From NCBI GenBank assembly GCA_003344405.1, contig NOWV01000176.1:1-64000 (forward strand): a stretch of 64,000 bases of DNA, given 5' to 3'. Below the pieces are notes generated by a model that was not told the DNA's origin, did no database searches, and saw only the letters and a program-made list of their open reading frames with translations. Made by a program: the position numbers and the translations under genes. Numbering within the stretch: position 1 is the stretch's first letter; each line of letters starts with the position of its first letter. Origin of the DNA: Trichoplax sp. H2. Taxonomy: Eukaryota. This document shows, one piece after another, positions 14,729 to 28,406 of this stretch.

Positions 14729-15940
14729 ATGACATTGAAAAATTCATCCTTTAGTATTCCCAATCAAACAAGATCATGTATCGATGACGGCAATTTTGAA
14801 TCTACGCAAGGTATCATCCTCATTGTTAAAATTGTGGCATTTATTACAATCTATACAGTCTCCACAGTTGGAAATCTTATTATTGCTTACGTTATTGTTC
14901 GTACTCATCGATTGTGGACTTTTACTAATATTATGATGCTAAATTACAGTATTGTAACGTTGCTATTCTTAGCGTCAGGATTATTACAATTTATAACCGA
15001 TATAATCTATCGTGAATCATGGCCCTTTGGAGAGTTCCTTTGCAAGATTACATATTCTTCATTTGTTGTAACTGTAGTTGTGTCTGCATTTTCCATAACC
15101 TTTATGTGCTATGCACGCTATCGGGTTATCTGTTTACCGCTTAATATCCAGCCAAATCGAAGACAAGCACTCTATAGTATAATATTTTCTTGGGTTGTAG
15201 CTATTGCTTGTATGATTCCCTATGCTATAGTTTTAAAGATTACCCGCTATGGTAAGAATGATTATTGTGTCATCGATAGCTCGTGGGGAAATGGAGGGCA
15301 TCGACCTGTTTACGATTTTAGCATTTTTGCTATTACCTATTTTATGCCTATGCTGGTAGCAACTTATTATAATATTCGAGTAATAAAGGGCTTGAAAATA
15401 GGTCGAAGTTATCGTTCCAAAAGTCATCATAAATTAAGTGGCAATAGCTATTACCAACCAGATGAAAGTATTGATCAAGTTAAAGAGAAATTACGCCAAA
15501 TGTCAGTATTTATATTTACAGCTTATTTAATAGCTTGGTTACCTTATTGGATTTATGTTCTGTTAATTAATACTAAAATCTTAAACGCCATCATACTACA
15601 GGTTAAAAAATTCGATTGTCATATCATATCAAAAGTACTAATAGTTCGCACCTTTACCAAGTACATTGCTTACTTTTATAGCACTTCTAACGTCTTTGTT
15701 TGCTACTATTACAATCCTCATTTTAATGCTGCCTTCAAGTCCATCTTTTGCTGTAAACGATGTACAAAGGGTTCTGATTGTTCATTCGATCAAGATCAGC
15801 GTTTTTGCTCTATCTATAAATGTAGTTATCGAAGTGATACACCAATATATTCTTCACGCGGTTGCAACGAAGATAGGTTGGTTCACTCACGTAAAAGTTC
15901 TTCTCATTCCAGTATCACGCAACAAATTACATCGGTATAA
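14729..15940 (+). CDS. Intronless divergent class A GPCR, 403 aa
   Basis: Seven TM segments, GN in TM1, WPFGEFLCK, ARY in place of DRY, YFMP in TM5, AWLPY in TM6, helix 8 FNAAFKSIFCC. A splice acceptor (ttgtag, ~14707) just upstream suggests a 5'UTR intron. Confidence 0.95.
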   Translation: MTLKNSSFSIPNQTRSCIDDGNFESTQGIILIVKIVAFITIYTVSTVGNLIIAYVIVRTHRLWTFTNIMMLNYSIVTLLFLASGLLQFITDIIYRESWPFGEFLCKITYSSFVVTVVVSAFSITFMCYARYRVICLPLNIQPNRRQALYSIIFSWVVAIACMIPYAIVLKITRYGKNDYCVIDSSWGNGGHRPVYDFSIFAITYFMPMLVATYYNIRVIKGLKIGRSYRSKSHHKLSGNSYYQPDESIDQVKEKLRQMSVFIFTAYLIAWLPYWIYVLLINTKILNAIILQVKKFDCHIISKVLIVRTFTKYIAYFYSTSNVFVCYYYNPHFNAAFKSIFCCKRCTKGSDCSFDQDQRFCSIYKCSYRSDTPIYSSRGCNEDRLVHSRKSSSHSSITQQITSV

Positions 15941-17944
15941 GTTATAATGATCTAAGCTGAATTATGAAACAGAAATCTTATCATAGCGCTGATGAAAATT
16001 TTTTATTATACAAACTATTACTAATGCAATATCAAAATGATCATTCATAGTATGCGTATACCCATGATTTAAAAAAGAAGAATTTTACTCATGTATATCA
16101 ATTACGATATTTGCACCTTAAAAGAGACATTATTGTAAAGTAGTAAAATATCTCCGCTATCCGTTACTTCTGGCTACATCCTTAAAAAAGGTTCTACGTT
16201 ATTGCCTGTAGGTAAAAAATTCTTCTTATGATTATTGTAGTAATTATTGATGCAAGTTAGATAACCCTATACCCCAGTCGATGTCACATAGTTTAGACTA
16301 GATATCGATCTATAAGAGATAGTAATAGCGCGGAAGTGGTTATCAATTCTTTGTAATAGTAAAATAAAAGTCATTATACCATGAAATTTCGATGAATATC
16401 GTGATGTTGTTGACTTAAAAATCCAATTTTATGCGAATGGTAAATAATTCATAAATTGTTAGATTACGTATGTATGTAAATAATATGAATATTGTAACAT
16501 TAAACTTATTTTATATCATGAATTATCTAATCAATTTATTATGTTCACAATGAAAATCTTCGTTTGCTAGTCTAATTTTGAACTGCACTTGTTACTAACA
16601 TTAAAATGCTAGTCTGTTCTTAACTTCTCTATATAGTGGAAACAAGATTGAATTTTTTTGCCAAATCGTGATGATAACATTTTCATTATTTATCTTGTCC
16701 TTGCGTGATACCTAAGAATGGATAACACCTCTTTAAGAGTGTATAATATAATTATAAGAATAAAGTTAATCATCCTTATCGATATCAATCAAGGTATAAT
16801 ATATCTATAATTTGATCTACCTAATAAAATCACAATATTCAATAAAGAACTTGACAAAATCAACCATTTTTCCATTCTATGTGAAAGCAATGTGACTCGT
16901 TGAATCATTTACAATCCTTTTGTTTTTAATTGATATCTGGTTGACAGAAAGTCAGCAGGATATACGAGAACCATACGTATATGCTGAATGTCAAATATTA
17001 TAACGTAATAAAGTAAATGCTTTCAATGATAGCGTGATCAAAGTTTTAGTTGTTAATATTTTCCCATGAATCAACAACATAAAAGTAATTAAGTTACAAT
17101 GAAGATTGTGCAAAAATATTGGCATGTTTGGAAATCCCATTTGGACAATAGGTTCAGATCTCCATAACCTTATGAGGAAGATTTCCAAGCTAGAAGAAGA
17201 GATGATGACCTTCTCTACCAGGATATTGTTATTTGTCTACTGTATATATGTACAGTATATCTTCATATACTAGCCTATCTCGCAAATCCAGCAGCTTGTT
17301 GCAAATAATAAGCATAAATTATGTTACCTTTTCTTGTAGACGCATACGTAGATATACGACGTCAGCATATGCAGAGTATAATGAATAGAAATATTATAAT
17401 GTACCTGCTTTGAAAGTTTTAACGACATAATCGCCTCAGTAGAAAGGATTTTTAATTCGTTTTTGTTACATTTTTTAATTCATAAAGCTGGCTTTTAATT
17501 GATTTACTCATATCAACGTAGCTAGTAGTAATAGTACTGCATTTTTTAGTGACTTCATGTAAGTTGCTATGTCTTGATCTATTGACAACATTTTTAAATA
17601 GAAAAAAAACCAGATGATGGTTTTCTAACAGGATATACCGTACATGTATCGCTTGTACTTGAAGCAAATATGAAACAGTAATCATATTGTTGGGTTTATA
17701 CATATCTAAAACATATATTGAATATCATAATAGTCGTCATGGAGTGGCATGAGTTTAGTACTTGAGTTAAATTCTTAATTAAATATGGAATTACTAATAT
17801 GCACTACCGTAGGTTATAATACTTGCCTAGTTTAAGACGATTAATTGCTCGTAACCCGACAAAATATGGTAATTCAATGCCCGTGCTTAGCGCGTAGAAG
17901 CGTGATAATGTTGCTACCATTACTAAATAAGTCATGCGCTCGGA

Positions 17945-18271
17945 TTTCTAAGCGTCCACAGCGAGTAGATCGGGAAGTCTTCTTGTTCATAGTTTTTGTA
18001 AGTACAGTTACAGTTGGTTTTATTGCAATAAAGCTTGATTTGGGTTTTAAATCCAGATAGTCTGATTTATTGAAGACCCTTAAGAATTGGCTTTACTACA
18101 CGTCATGTTTCTAAGCGTCCACAACGAGTAGATCGGAAAGTCTTCTTGTTCATAGTTTTTATAAGTACAGTTACAGTTGGTTTTATTGCAATAAAGCTTG
18201 ATTTGGGTTTTAAATCCAGATAGTCTGATTTATTGAAGACCCTTAAGAGTTGGCTTTACTACACGTCATGT
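17945..18271. repeat. Tandem duplication, 2 x 163 bp
   Basis: tttctaagcgtccac...ctttactacacgtcatg starts at 17945 and again at 18108, with few substitutions. Confidence 0.92.
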
Positions 18272-19669
18272 TGAAAGATTCAATAGGTACTGACCTAGTT
18301 GACTAATATATTTCATTTCGCTATCGTATTACCGTAATATTGCAGTTAAATTAATCCAATGTTGAAAATCTATCTAATCTGTACCTAAAGTTTAGTTATT
18401 AATATCAAAGATGAAGTACAAAGTGCAACTGGTCTACAAGCTTAATGTCTACCCTTCATATTTTCAGTATTCAATGAAAAGAAGTTGCCACTATGATTTA
18501 GTGATAACGTTTATACCACATCTCGGTTCTTTGAATAAGATTACGAGAGTAATTGTTAATTTAATTATACTCGTATTCACTCATAGGTTGTCAAAATGAG
18601 TGGAAGGATTTTAACTAGCGCATTTACTTAGCCATAAATCGCTATGAGAGGGATTACAGTGTTAATATGACTGATAAAATCGCCGACATCTGTCGTAGCA
18701 TGGTAATTGTTTCTAAGCAAGACCACTTTCTCCATACTGTGTCGAATCTTTTGTTTGAATCATTCTCAGGCTTAACACAGGATCAATTGAGGACGTGGAA
18801 GTGATCACTGTTCTTGCTTGCATCTTTGATAGGATCGTCATTAATACACTTGCAATGAGATACATTGATTTCTCCGAATCTTTACAATACAAGGTAAAAT
18901 GTACTGTCCATTATATAGAGAAGATGTCGAAACGAATTGAATGAGTAAACACCAATGTAAGACATTGCATTGACTGAAAAATAAATGGACTAGCAAAAGA
19001 TCTCGTCGCAGCTTTTGAGTAATAATGCTCAGTTGGCAACTGCTACTTGCACCTGTTTGCACCCTACTCATTGACATCAGTGATAATGGAAGCAACGAAA
19101 AAAGTATTTTCTTCACCACTGTAGCTGATGTCCTTTACCGAGTAATTATTATCGTATTGGGATACAAAGTAGCAGCTCTTTTCGCTGTAGCAATAGTTGA
19201 TGTCGTTTACTAAGCAATTATTTCATAAGATCATCTACGCAATCAAAGTCGAAGTCCATTATCATTATCACTAAGCTATTATCATTGATAGTACAGTATA
19301 GTGTGCTGTAGTTGATTATATGCTTTCTTGACTGAATACACAACAGATGGAATTGAGCAATTACATAATTATTGAATCAGCATTTGATGCTTGGTAAAAT
19401 AATTATAGATTGACCGTAAACTGCATAGTTTATGTAGACTGTTTGGTTCTAGGACAAGTGCCACCCGGATGATCGCCATCTATAGTATAACTCAATCTTA
19501 AAGTCAATGTGTCTTACATTATAAAAAGCAACATATAAATGTAAATGATAGATAAATTAGAAAGGATTTTCCATTTATTACTAGCTAAATAGTTCTTCAT
19601 GAGTAGAAAATACCGGTGAAAGTCATGAGAGGCAATTGTCCTGATGCGACCTAATTATTATTATTACGC

Positions 19670-21030
19670 ATCGCTAGTGTAATAAGCTGAAATCATGATA
19701 TTAGACGCAAAGTCGGATTAACCACCAAAGCTATTCCTGCGTTCGACATGCATCTCCTGTTGTGCTGTACTTGATGATGTACAGAGACTAGTCATTGAAG
19801 GAAAGAGGGCCATTGGCCAGCTTCCTCATGACTCCACTTGCCTTATAAAAAAAGCATTACTACTGTCATGAGCTGAAATTATGATATTGGACTCCAATTC
19901 GGATTAACCATCAAAGTAGTTCTTGCGTTGGATGTGTATCCTGTTGTACGTGATGGCGTACATGGACTACTGTAGTCATTGAACAAAAGAGTACCATTGC
20001 CAGTCGGCCATCAGCTCACTCATAACTACATTTCTGTATAGCCTAAAATACATCGCTACTGTCATGAGCTGAAATTATGATATTGGACTCAAACTCGGAT
20101 TAGCTATCAAAGTAGTCAAAGTAGTTCCTGCGTTCAATGTGTATCCTATTGTACTTGACGGCGTCTATGGACTAGTCCTTGAACGAAAGGATACCATTGC
20201 CAGTCTGCCATCAGCTCATTCACGACTAGACTTCTGTATTGCCTTAAAAAAAACTTGGCTACTGTCATGAGCTGAAATCACGATATTTGACTCGAATTAG
20301 CTATCAAAGTAGTTCCTGCGCTCAATGTGTATCCTGCTGTACTTGATGGCGTACAGGGACTAGTCATTGAACGAAGAAGCTCATAAGCCAGCTCACTTCT
20401 GTATTGCCTTACTGTCATAAGCTGAAATCATGACATTGGACTTTAATTCGGATTAACCATTGTAGTGTAGGGGTTGTTAGCCCTAAATATTTGCCGTTTC
20501 ATCATACTGGCCTTATCCACACTTACTTTAAGACGTACAGTTAGTTCTACACTACATGCTATCACTCTATTGCCTACACAGAACTACTTTAATTAGCTGA
20601 AATCACTACAACCATCAAAGTAGTTCCTACGTTCAATGAGTATCCTGCTGTTCTTAATGGCGTATAGGGACTCGTCATTGAACGAAAGAAGGCCATAGGC
20701 CAGCTCACTTCTGCATTGCCTTACTGTCATGAGCTGAAATCATGACATTGGACTTTAATTCGGATTAACCATTGTAGTGTAGGGGTTGTTAGCCCTAAAT
20801 GTTTGCCATTTCATCATACTGGCCTTATCCACACTTACTTTAAGACGTACAGTTAGTTCTACACTACATGCTATCACTCTATTGCCTACACAAAACTACT
20901 TTAATAAGCTGAAATCACGACAACCATCAACGTTCAATGAAAATCCTGCTGTTCTTAATGGCGTATAGGGACTAGTCATTGAAGGAAAGAAGGCCATTAC
21001 CAGTCTGCCATAGCCAGCTAACTTGCCACT
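19670..21030. repeat. Diverged tandem array upstream of SLC35A3 (~8 units of ~140-200 bp, ending in a 312-bp higher-order doublet)
   Basis: Anchor agctgaaat recurs at ~19686, 19871, 20067, 20270, 20420, 20596, 20732 and 20907. Segments 20410-20721 and 20722-~21030 are near-identical composite units. Confidence 0.9.
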
Positions 21031-21828
21031 ACAGTCACTGGCTCACTGCGCCATCTTTCTCATCGCTAGTTGGGGTTGGCATGATTGACAACGTTGAAGG
21101 TGTCACAGGTGCGATCGATCGATCGCTGGATGCTACAGCTGCAGCCGGGATAGGACAATGGAGGAAAAGTAAACTCTGCTGAATGCGTTGTTGTAGTGTG
21201 CGCGTTCTACAAGCGATAGTCTCATGTTTGAAACATACAGTCTTGATATAGCCTAAAACAAGAGTTTTCCATGCCAGAATCAGTCCATTCTTGGCTATCC
21301 AGGGCAGTACAAAAGTTGGACATAAGCGTGTAGCACAGCCAGTCATTGGTCGTGGACAGAGGGACAGACAGACAAAGCCCACTGTCCAGACTGGACAGTG
21401 GGCAGGCGCATACTAATGACGAAACGATCCTTCCTTCCGTTTATTCCTCTTGTAATGGGACAAGAATGAAAGCAACCTTGACCAACTTGGCTCGTCTAGA
21501 AGTGGAGACATAGAATAAGAGATTATTAAGCTATAGAGTGGCTATTAGAATTACGAAAGGAAAGCCTTATTAATCATCCAATTGACGAAGCAATTACATC
21601 CTTGCTACCAAGGGGAAAATCACTGGATCCTACGCGTACTTGGACTGGCGTTGAGAGTCGCTATTTTGCCCTTGACTACAAATTGTAAACTGGCTGCAAC
21701 ATCGTTCAATAGTTTACCCTACTTTCTTCTTAGCCTATTGGCACACACAATCGATACGATTAGCAAAGTTTTCTATTACGCCTCTACAGCAATCTTACGC
21801 TAGTTTCAACCTATCGAATAGGATTATA

Positions 21829-24800
21829 ATGAAAGAAAATAAAAATAGCGATGGTAGAAGTAATAGCAATACGGATCCGACGATACGAATCGGTACCATC
21901 AATGTTTCGCTAAAATATATTAGTTTATTTACTTTAACGCTTCAAACAACCGCTTTGGTCTTGATCATGCGATATTCTAGAACTATACCTAGCAAGACGA
22001 TGTATCTGGTCACTACTGCAGTGGTTATTGCTGAAGCGATGAAAGTCATTACTTGCTTGTTCATCATCTTTCGACAAGTCGGCTTCAATTTTCATAAGTT
22101 TACTGCAGTCGTTCGCGATGAATGTATTGGACAATTCTCTGAGACGATTAAATTGGCTATTCCAGCTGGGCTTTATACGGTGCAAAATAATTTACTCTAC
22201 ATTGCTTTATCCAACCTGGACGCAGCTACATATCAAGTCACCTATCAGTTAAAAATTTTAACTACTGCTGTTTTCTCCGTCACCATGTTGAGTAGGAGAC
22301 TCAGCTCGACTAAGTGGATTGCATTAGTCTTACTCATGGCTGGTGTCTCATTGGTTCAGGTGAGTGTAGACAGTGCTCTACTTGTAAGAAAGTTGCCGTA
22401 AGCACACTTTCAACGCGTCCAGTGCTTGCAACATTATCAGCCATCGTAGCTGATTTACCAGTACAACTTACATGGTAACAAGTGGACTGCATTCAAGCAG
22501 CTACCTCATTGAAATTGGATAGATTTCATGTTATCCTCCAATAACGACCATTTCGTGCATGCTTAAAAGTAGCGTAAATGTTATAGAGAGTTATAAAGAT
22601 GTACAGGCAGTCCTCCAATTGGACAGTTTATCTACTGCAGTACTATGGATACAATCAAATATGACTTTGGATTTCTTGAGTACTCTTACAATAGTCGTAG
22701 ACTGCGGAGGTGATACATACAGTAGACGAATTTGTGCATCATTTATAGGTATAGACAACCACAACCTACCAATCGATGGATATGGACATCACTTCTGATT
22801 GACCTAATGTATTATTATCGATTTATATATTATTAGCATCATCAAATTACTAACTCACTTTCGAAATATTTAGATGCCAACGAAGGGGCCACATAGTTCC
22901 AAAGATTTATCTAAATCGAAGCAATTCTTGGGATTAGTTGCTGTCCTTACTGCTTGTTTATCAAGCGGATTTTCCGGAGTTTATTTTGAAAAAATTTTGA
23001 AAGGTAGGCTACAGTGTTCTAGAACGCGTATAATACTCTCAGCATTCTTTACGCTTCTGTTCCCTCCATAATGCGATATTATTGACACTAACGTTAATGT
23101 TTAGTACATCAGTCTATAATTAATTCTTATCCATTAATCAACCATCCCATTCATTCGCCATTCAGTGATTATTGCACTTTACTAGAGTTATATACTAATA
23201 TCAACAACAATTATTCATATCTGTAATGCATCGTACAGTACTGTGCATTCTGGCAAATAAGACTATAAGAACAATATGTATATAATATTCAAATTGCAAT
23301 AAAATACTTGCAGACTGTGTACGCTTAGACAATATCCAGGCTTATTAATGACATAATTAACAGGCAAGCTAGTTGAAAAAATGTGTCGTTATGGATAGTC
23401 TAGTTACTGTATTTTGTAAATTGTAAGAAAGTCAACGTTATATGACATCTCCATGAATAGATTGATGACATATAGTAGTAATATTAACTAATAATTTACT
23501 ATTTCGTGCATTACAAGTATTTTGGTACTAAAGAAATCAACTAGGTATGCTATACATTTTCATTATTCATTATGCGGATCTATGCAGTTGTACTTACTTT
23601 ACTGTACACTTTTCACGACCTCACTGGATTACATTATATAGTACAGTATGTCCCCATAGATAGTATCTACAAATATTATTTAGAAAGCATTAAATATAGA
23701 ATATTTCACAACTTGTGATGATACCGGTAATCAAATACCATACTCGGCCCATGTTGAAGATTTTTACTTGTACTTACTTACATACGATCAATATGGAGAC
23801 ACTCTTTCGCTTAGAGGTACCGATAATTCATTACTAATAAATGAAAAATTATAGCAATGATGTTACTCCTTGATATTTTTGACCTAATACTCTCCTATAG
23901 CAGACCTTACACATCATAACATTGTGTTATAGTGACCACGTAGTACAGTAGTATCTTGAAGGTATCACGATATTGCTTGAAAATTCAACGAAAGATGAGC
24001 CTTATTTATCTGTCAAAGTTAAGGTGTTTACTTAAAGGCAGATAGATATACTTTAATACTCTGATTGTTACTTTATCACCTACAAGAGACTGATCCCTAC
24101 TGTACATGCAACGGCATTGGCTTCTATTAAATCATTTGATTTCTCTGCTAACTCTATGGTTATCATCTATATTGCAGTTGCAGTTGTAATGGTGCCAAAC
24201 AGCTACCTTCTTGTCATAACGCCTATGCAGTACTGTAGGTTGCTAATTCTATTCAGACTCAACGAAACTGACTAAGGAGTTTATTACAACTGAAATTGCC
24301 CATTCGCCCTATGTTTTATAGTAATCTTCGATCACGAAAGTAGTAGTTTACACTTTGGTAGGGCTAGTATCATACTGTATTACTAAAGTAAGCCTGACTT
24401 TATCATTTACCAATATGTGTTGTCCATGACAATCTCCATAAATATTTTATTACCACTGACTTTTAGATCTCCAATCTGTGTAACCTGTTCATTTATACTG
24501 TAGGTACAAAGTCTTCCATTTGGGTTCGTAACGTACAGCTTGGTACATTTGGATTTATTTTCGGTTTAATGGGAATGTTGTACAAAGATTACGATGCACT
24601 TGTTAAAGATGGTTTTTTCCAAGGCTATAATAACATTACGTGGATCGTCGTAAGTTTACAGGTAATGCTACACTGCTTTAGTATGTTTTAAACGCAGGTT
24701 TAGATTATTCTTGCGCTCGATAGCAAGGCTGTACCGAATGTTGGGAATAGGATTATCATCAACTATGTATGCTGTCGTAATCATAACACAAATTTTTTTT

Positions 24801-25059
24801 TCAATCATCATTGCAGGCTATTGGGGGTTTGATAGTCGCCGTTGTTGTAAAATACGCTGACAACATCCTTAAAGGATTCGCTACATCGATCTCAATCATA
24901 ACATCTTCACTTTTATCTTATTACGTTTTACAAGACTTTATTCCATCTCAATTTTTTGTGTATGGAACTTGCATTGTACTTGTCGCCACTTATTTATATA
25001 GTAAGCCTGACGCCCCAGCTCCTAGTCCGCCGACTTCTTCAGCAAGTAACAAAGTCTGA
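21829..25059 (+). CDS. SLC35A3: UDP-N-acetylglucosamine (nucleotide-sugar) transporter, SLC35A family, 4 exons
   Basis: Exons 21829-22359, 22874-23003, 24504-24661, 24817-25059, with GT-AG and consistent phase. Motifs [64 protein letters not shown]. The tail YYVLQDFIP fits SLC35A3 better than SLC35A2. Confidence 0.92.
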
Positions 25060-26002
25060 ATAGACGTGAAATAGGATACTGGAGAAGCTGAACTATCGTC
25101 GAATTATCCAATTCATTTCAGCATAAATGACTATAATACGCTTTTAGCGTATCGCAAATGAGGCGAAGCAACGATATCGAACGAATTTAACTGGCGTTTT
25201 CTTAGGATAATCACTATATTATAGACTGATGTTCAAATTCATTTTAATCTATATTTAACTTACAACGTGTGCGTAAGGACTTGTCCATCATTATGATTTG
25301 GATATATACAGATATTACGTAGGTATGATATTATTATTATTTTATTACAATTTGATGATGAAACCGAGATTATACTAATTTGTGTACTCGTATTTTAATG
25401 TATTTGGTAGTTACCGTCTTAAGTTATTGTTGTTGTCTCCATTGGACATACACGTCCATTGTGTTTAATTAATGTGAAGACAATCTTAAACTATTGGCGT
25501 GTGATATAGCACAACTAAAGTTGCATAAGGGAAATCCATCGGAGAATTCTTGCTCAATTATTGAAACTGAACTCTTTCACGATATACAGACTCTTTAATC
25601 AAGAAAATTACAAAACGACATATACCTAGTCAGAAAATCATATACAACTAATTATATACAAACAGTAGCATAATGATTTAGATTGTTTACCGAAATAGGT
25701 ATACGGTATAATCAAAGCAAAAGTGAACGTATTGTTTTCAGAATCTTACTAAAATGGCACTAATTCAAGATAAATTAACTAACGATTCCTTCATTTATGT
25801 TATTAGTAAAATATCTCCAATACCGCTTACATAACAATTGAAAATTATCCGTAATCCATACGGAAAACAGAATAAAACTTGACGAAAAAGTACTTGTCAC
25901 TGTAGATGAGTAATTGCAGTGATAGGTAGTTACAATTGAAGATGAAGCAAGTGCATCCTTGATCAACGATAGTTTAAATTATAATTCTTGATTGGTAAAC
26001 TG

Positions 26003-26983
26003 TTAATCTTTGCCAGCAACGAGTATCCCTTGGCCAGACGACTTTGTTTCTTTGCTCTCTTCCTGATTGGATTCTCGTTCTCCTCTGACTTTAATGTTAT
26101 ACTTTTGCCTAAATTGATTTATCTCTTCTCCTTTGGTACCTAATCTCTCTTTTAGTTTTTCCGTTGCTTTAATGATCTGTAAGCATGGAAACAATCAAGT
26201 TAACTTTAAGAACCTAGCCGCAGTATGGCATTAAAAAGCGTAGGCTTTACCTTCTCGCTATACTACAGTATAAAGTAGACTGTATAGTATAAATTAACAT
26301 GCGTATCCGCTTTGGTGTCTCACTGAGAATAATATGAGATGATATCCAACGATTTTCATTTCATATATCACAAGTAAATGCTGGTACACAGCTCTACGGT
26401 ACTGTATAGCACTGTATTTGCAGTCCATGATAATACAGTAGTGTAATTCGATTAAAGTAATTCCAAAATTAAAGAAGACAACGTTAAGTGGGTTGCACGT
26501 TTCTACTACTATTACAATACCTGCTCTTGGTTATGTTGCAACGCTGGAAGGACTTCTCCAGCCGTCCTTTCAACCAAAATGCCTCCAATCAAACGGAAGC
26601 ATTTCCTCTTTGCGTCGACCTCTTGCAAGGTATCAATGACAATTCTGTATAAAAAGAAGTGAATGCATAGATTCATTGACGTAGCCAACATCATGACAAC
26701 AAGTAAGCATGTAACCGAAACAATCTATCTCCTTTAGCAGCTCGCTATGTGAAAGTGGATCCATTGCAATCGATGGATTTCATCTGCTAGAGCTGGACAA
26801 CAAGTCCATAGTATCCTGTTATTACTGCTTTACAAGTCTACAAACTCACTTGTGCTCATTTTTCTCTAATTCTAATTCGCCAATCTTGGAAGCAATCGCT
26901 CTCTGTTCCTGTCTTAAATGGTTAAACTGTGCAACAACTTGATCCTGTGTATATAACGTCTTCGTTTTCTTGCCAGTCGCCAT
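26003..26983 (-). CDS. PFDN2: Prefoldin subunit 2, 3 exons
   Basis: Exons 26983-26850, 26644-26521, 26176-26003. Protein MATGK...FNHLRQEQRAIASKIGELELEKNEHKIVIDTLQEVDAKRKCFRLIGGILVERT...GILV, typical of PFDN2. Confidence 0.95.
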
Positions 26984-27067
26984 GATGCCTTGTCCACTAT
27001 GAGAGCCTTTGAAAAAATCGATACGCTTGACTATACGCAAGAGTACTGTCCTGTGCTGTATACTCAC

Positions 27068-28066
27068 CTACAGTACCGGTCTAGACCAGCTCGGTTTCTC
27101 GGCCTTTAGTGCATGCGCAATGTTGACAGATCTCAGCCGTTTGCCACTTCCACCATACTCATTTCTGAAATTGAGCCGTTTATGACTGTTCAGTAGGGTA
27201 TATGAAATACTGTACTGTACAGTATAGTAGACTAGTGATGCGGGATGCTGATGCCGTACTTTGAGGTCTTGACGGTCTGGTCTGGTCTGGTCTGGTCCGG
27301 ACCCCGGTCTGCAGAAAACGGTACGCTCAAGGATACAGTGTACAGTACTGTACGTAGTGTACTGTACACTGTACAGTACACTGAGTAATAGTAGCTCCAA
27401 AATACCCTCTTTAGACGGACAGACATCTGGCCTCATTTCCTTCACAAATTGTTCTAAACACTGCGTTATGACTGTGCTGTACTTTAGTATGCTAACAGTC
27501 GATTGTGAATGAAGTGATTTTTTGCTAATGAAGTCATATTTCATTGCCTTCCATTACCTATTGCTAATCTCTGCTTNNNNNNNNNNNNNNNNNNNNTACA
27601 GTACCGGTCTAGACCAGCTCGGTTTCTCGGCCTTTAGTGCATGCGCAATGTTGACAGATCTCAGCCGTTTGCCACTTCCACCATACTCATTTCTGAAATT
27701 GAGCCGTTTATGACTGTTCAGTAGGGTATATGAAATACTGTACAGTATAGTAGACTAGTGATGCGGGATGGCAGAAAACGGTACGCTCAAGGATACAGTG
27801 TACAGTACTGTACTGTACGTAGTGTACTGTACACTGTACTGTACTGTACTGTACAGTACTGTACTGTACACTGAGTAATAGTAGCTCCAAAATACCCTCT
27901 TTAGACGGACAGACATCGAGCCTCATTTCCTTCACAAATTGTTCTAAACACTGCGTTATGACTTTACTGTACTTTAGTATGCTAACAGTCGATTGTGAAT
28001 GGAGTGATTTTTTGCTAATGAAGTCATATTTCATTGCCTTCCATTACCTATTGCTAATCTCTGCTT
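27068..28066. repeat. Duplicate of the PFDN2 promoter region on both sides of an N gap (27068-27576 vs 27597-28066)
   Basis: Near-identical copies. They differ in (ACTGT)n length and in a ~60-bp indel containing (CTGGT)n. Confidence 0.9.
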
Positions 28067-28200
28067 GCAAGCAGTAACTTCAGATCGTCAATGTTATTTC
28101 AAATTAATACGAGTGATTTAGAAAACAGATACGGAAAATCGATACTGAGCAACTCTTTTTCCACATTTCACTCTAATCAGATTTGAAAAAGTCCATCCAT
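27900..28200 (+). repeat. Dispersed promoter-associated ~300-bp element, homologous to 41392-41747
   Basis: Colinear shared blocks: gacggacagaca, gttatgac..gtactttagtatg, tcgatt, attacct..tgctaat.tct, agatcgtc, agtgatt.agaaaacaga, aaagtcc.tc. Confidence 0.8.
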
Positions 28201-28406
28201 CCGAGGAGAGCACCTAGTCCAAGTGTACTGGGTACTCTTCTCGGACGGACGGTCGTACACACTCCATTCGTGGCGGGCTTCAACACACACTTACGTCACC
28301 TTCCAATGATTACCATGGCAAACGAGTTCGTTTTGAAAGTGGAAATGAATTGGAAATAATGTCCAACAACATCTCGGCGTAAGATAGAAGCAACAGTAAA
28401 ACATTG

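Noticed and set aside
18700-19213. Short ORFs on both strands
   Set aside because: No domain resemblance or splice-consistent model.
19670-21030. CRISPR-like reading of the tandem arrays (also 40967-41262 and 61345-62575)
   Set aside because: Units repeat along their whole length with no unique spacers, there are no cas genes, and the context is eukaryotic.
27068-28066. True segmental duplication of the PFDN2 promoter, and its ORFs (27068-27544, 27708-28034)
   Set aside because: The copies abut a 20-N gap and look like uncollapsed alleles. The ORFs are translations of microsatellite and repeat sequence.
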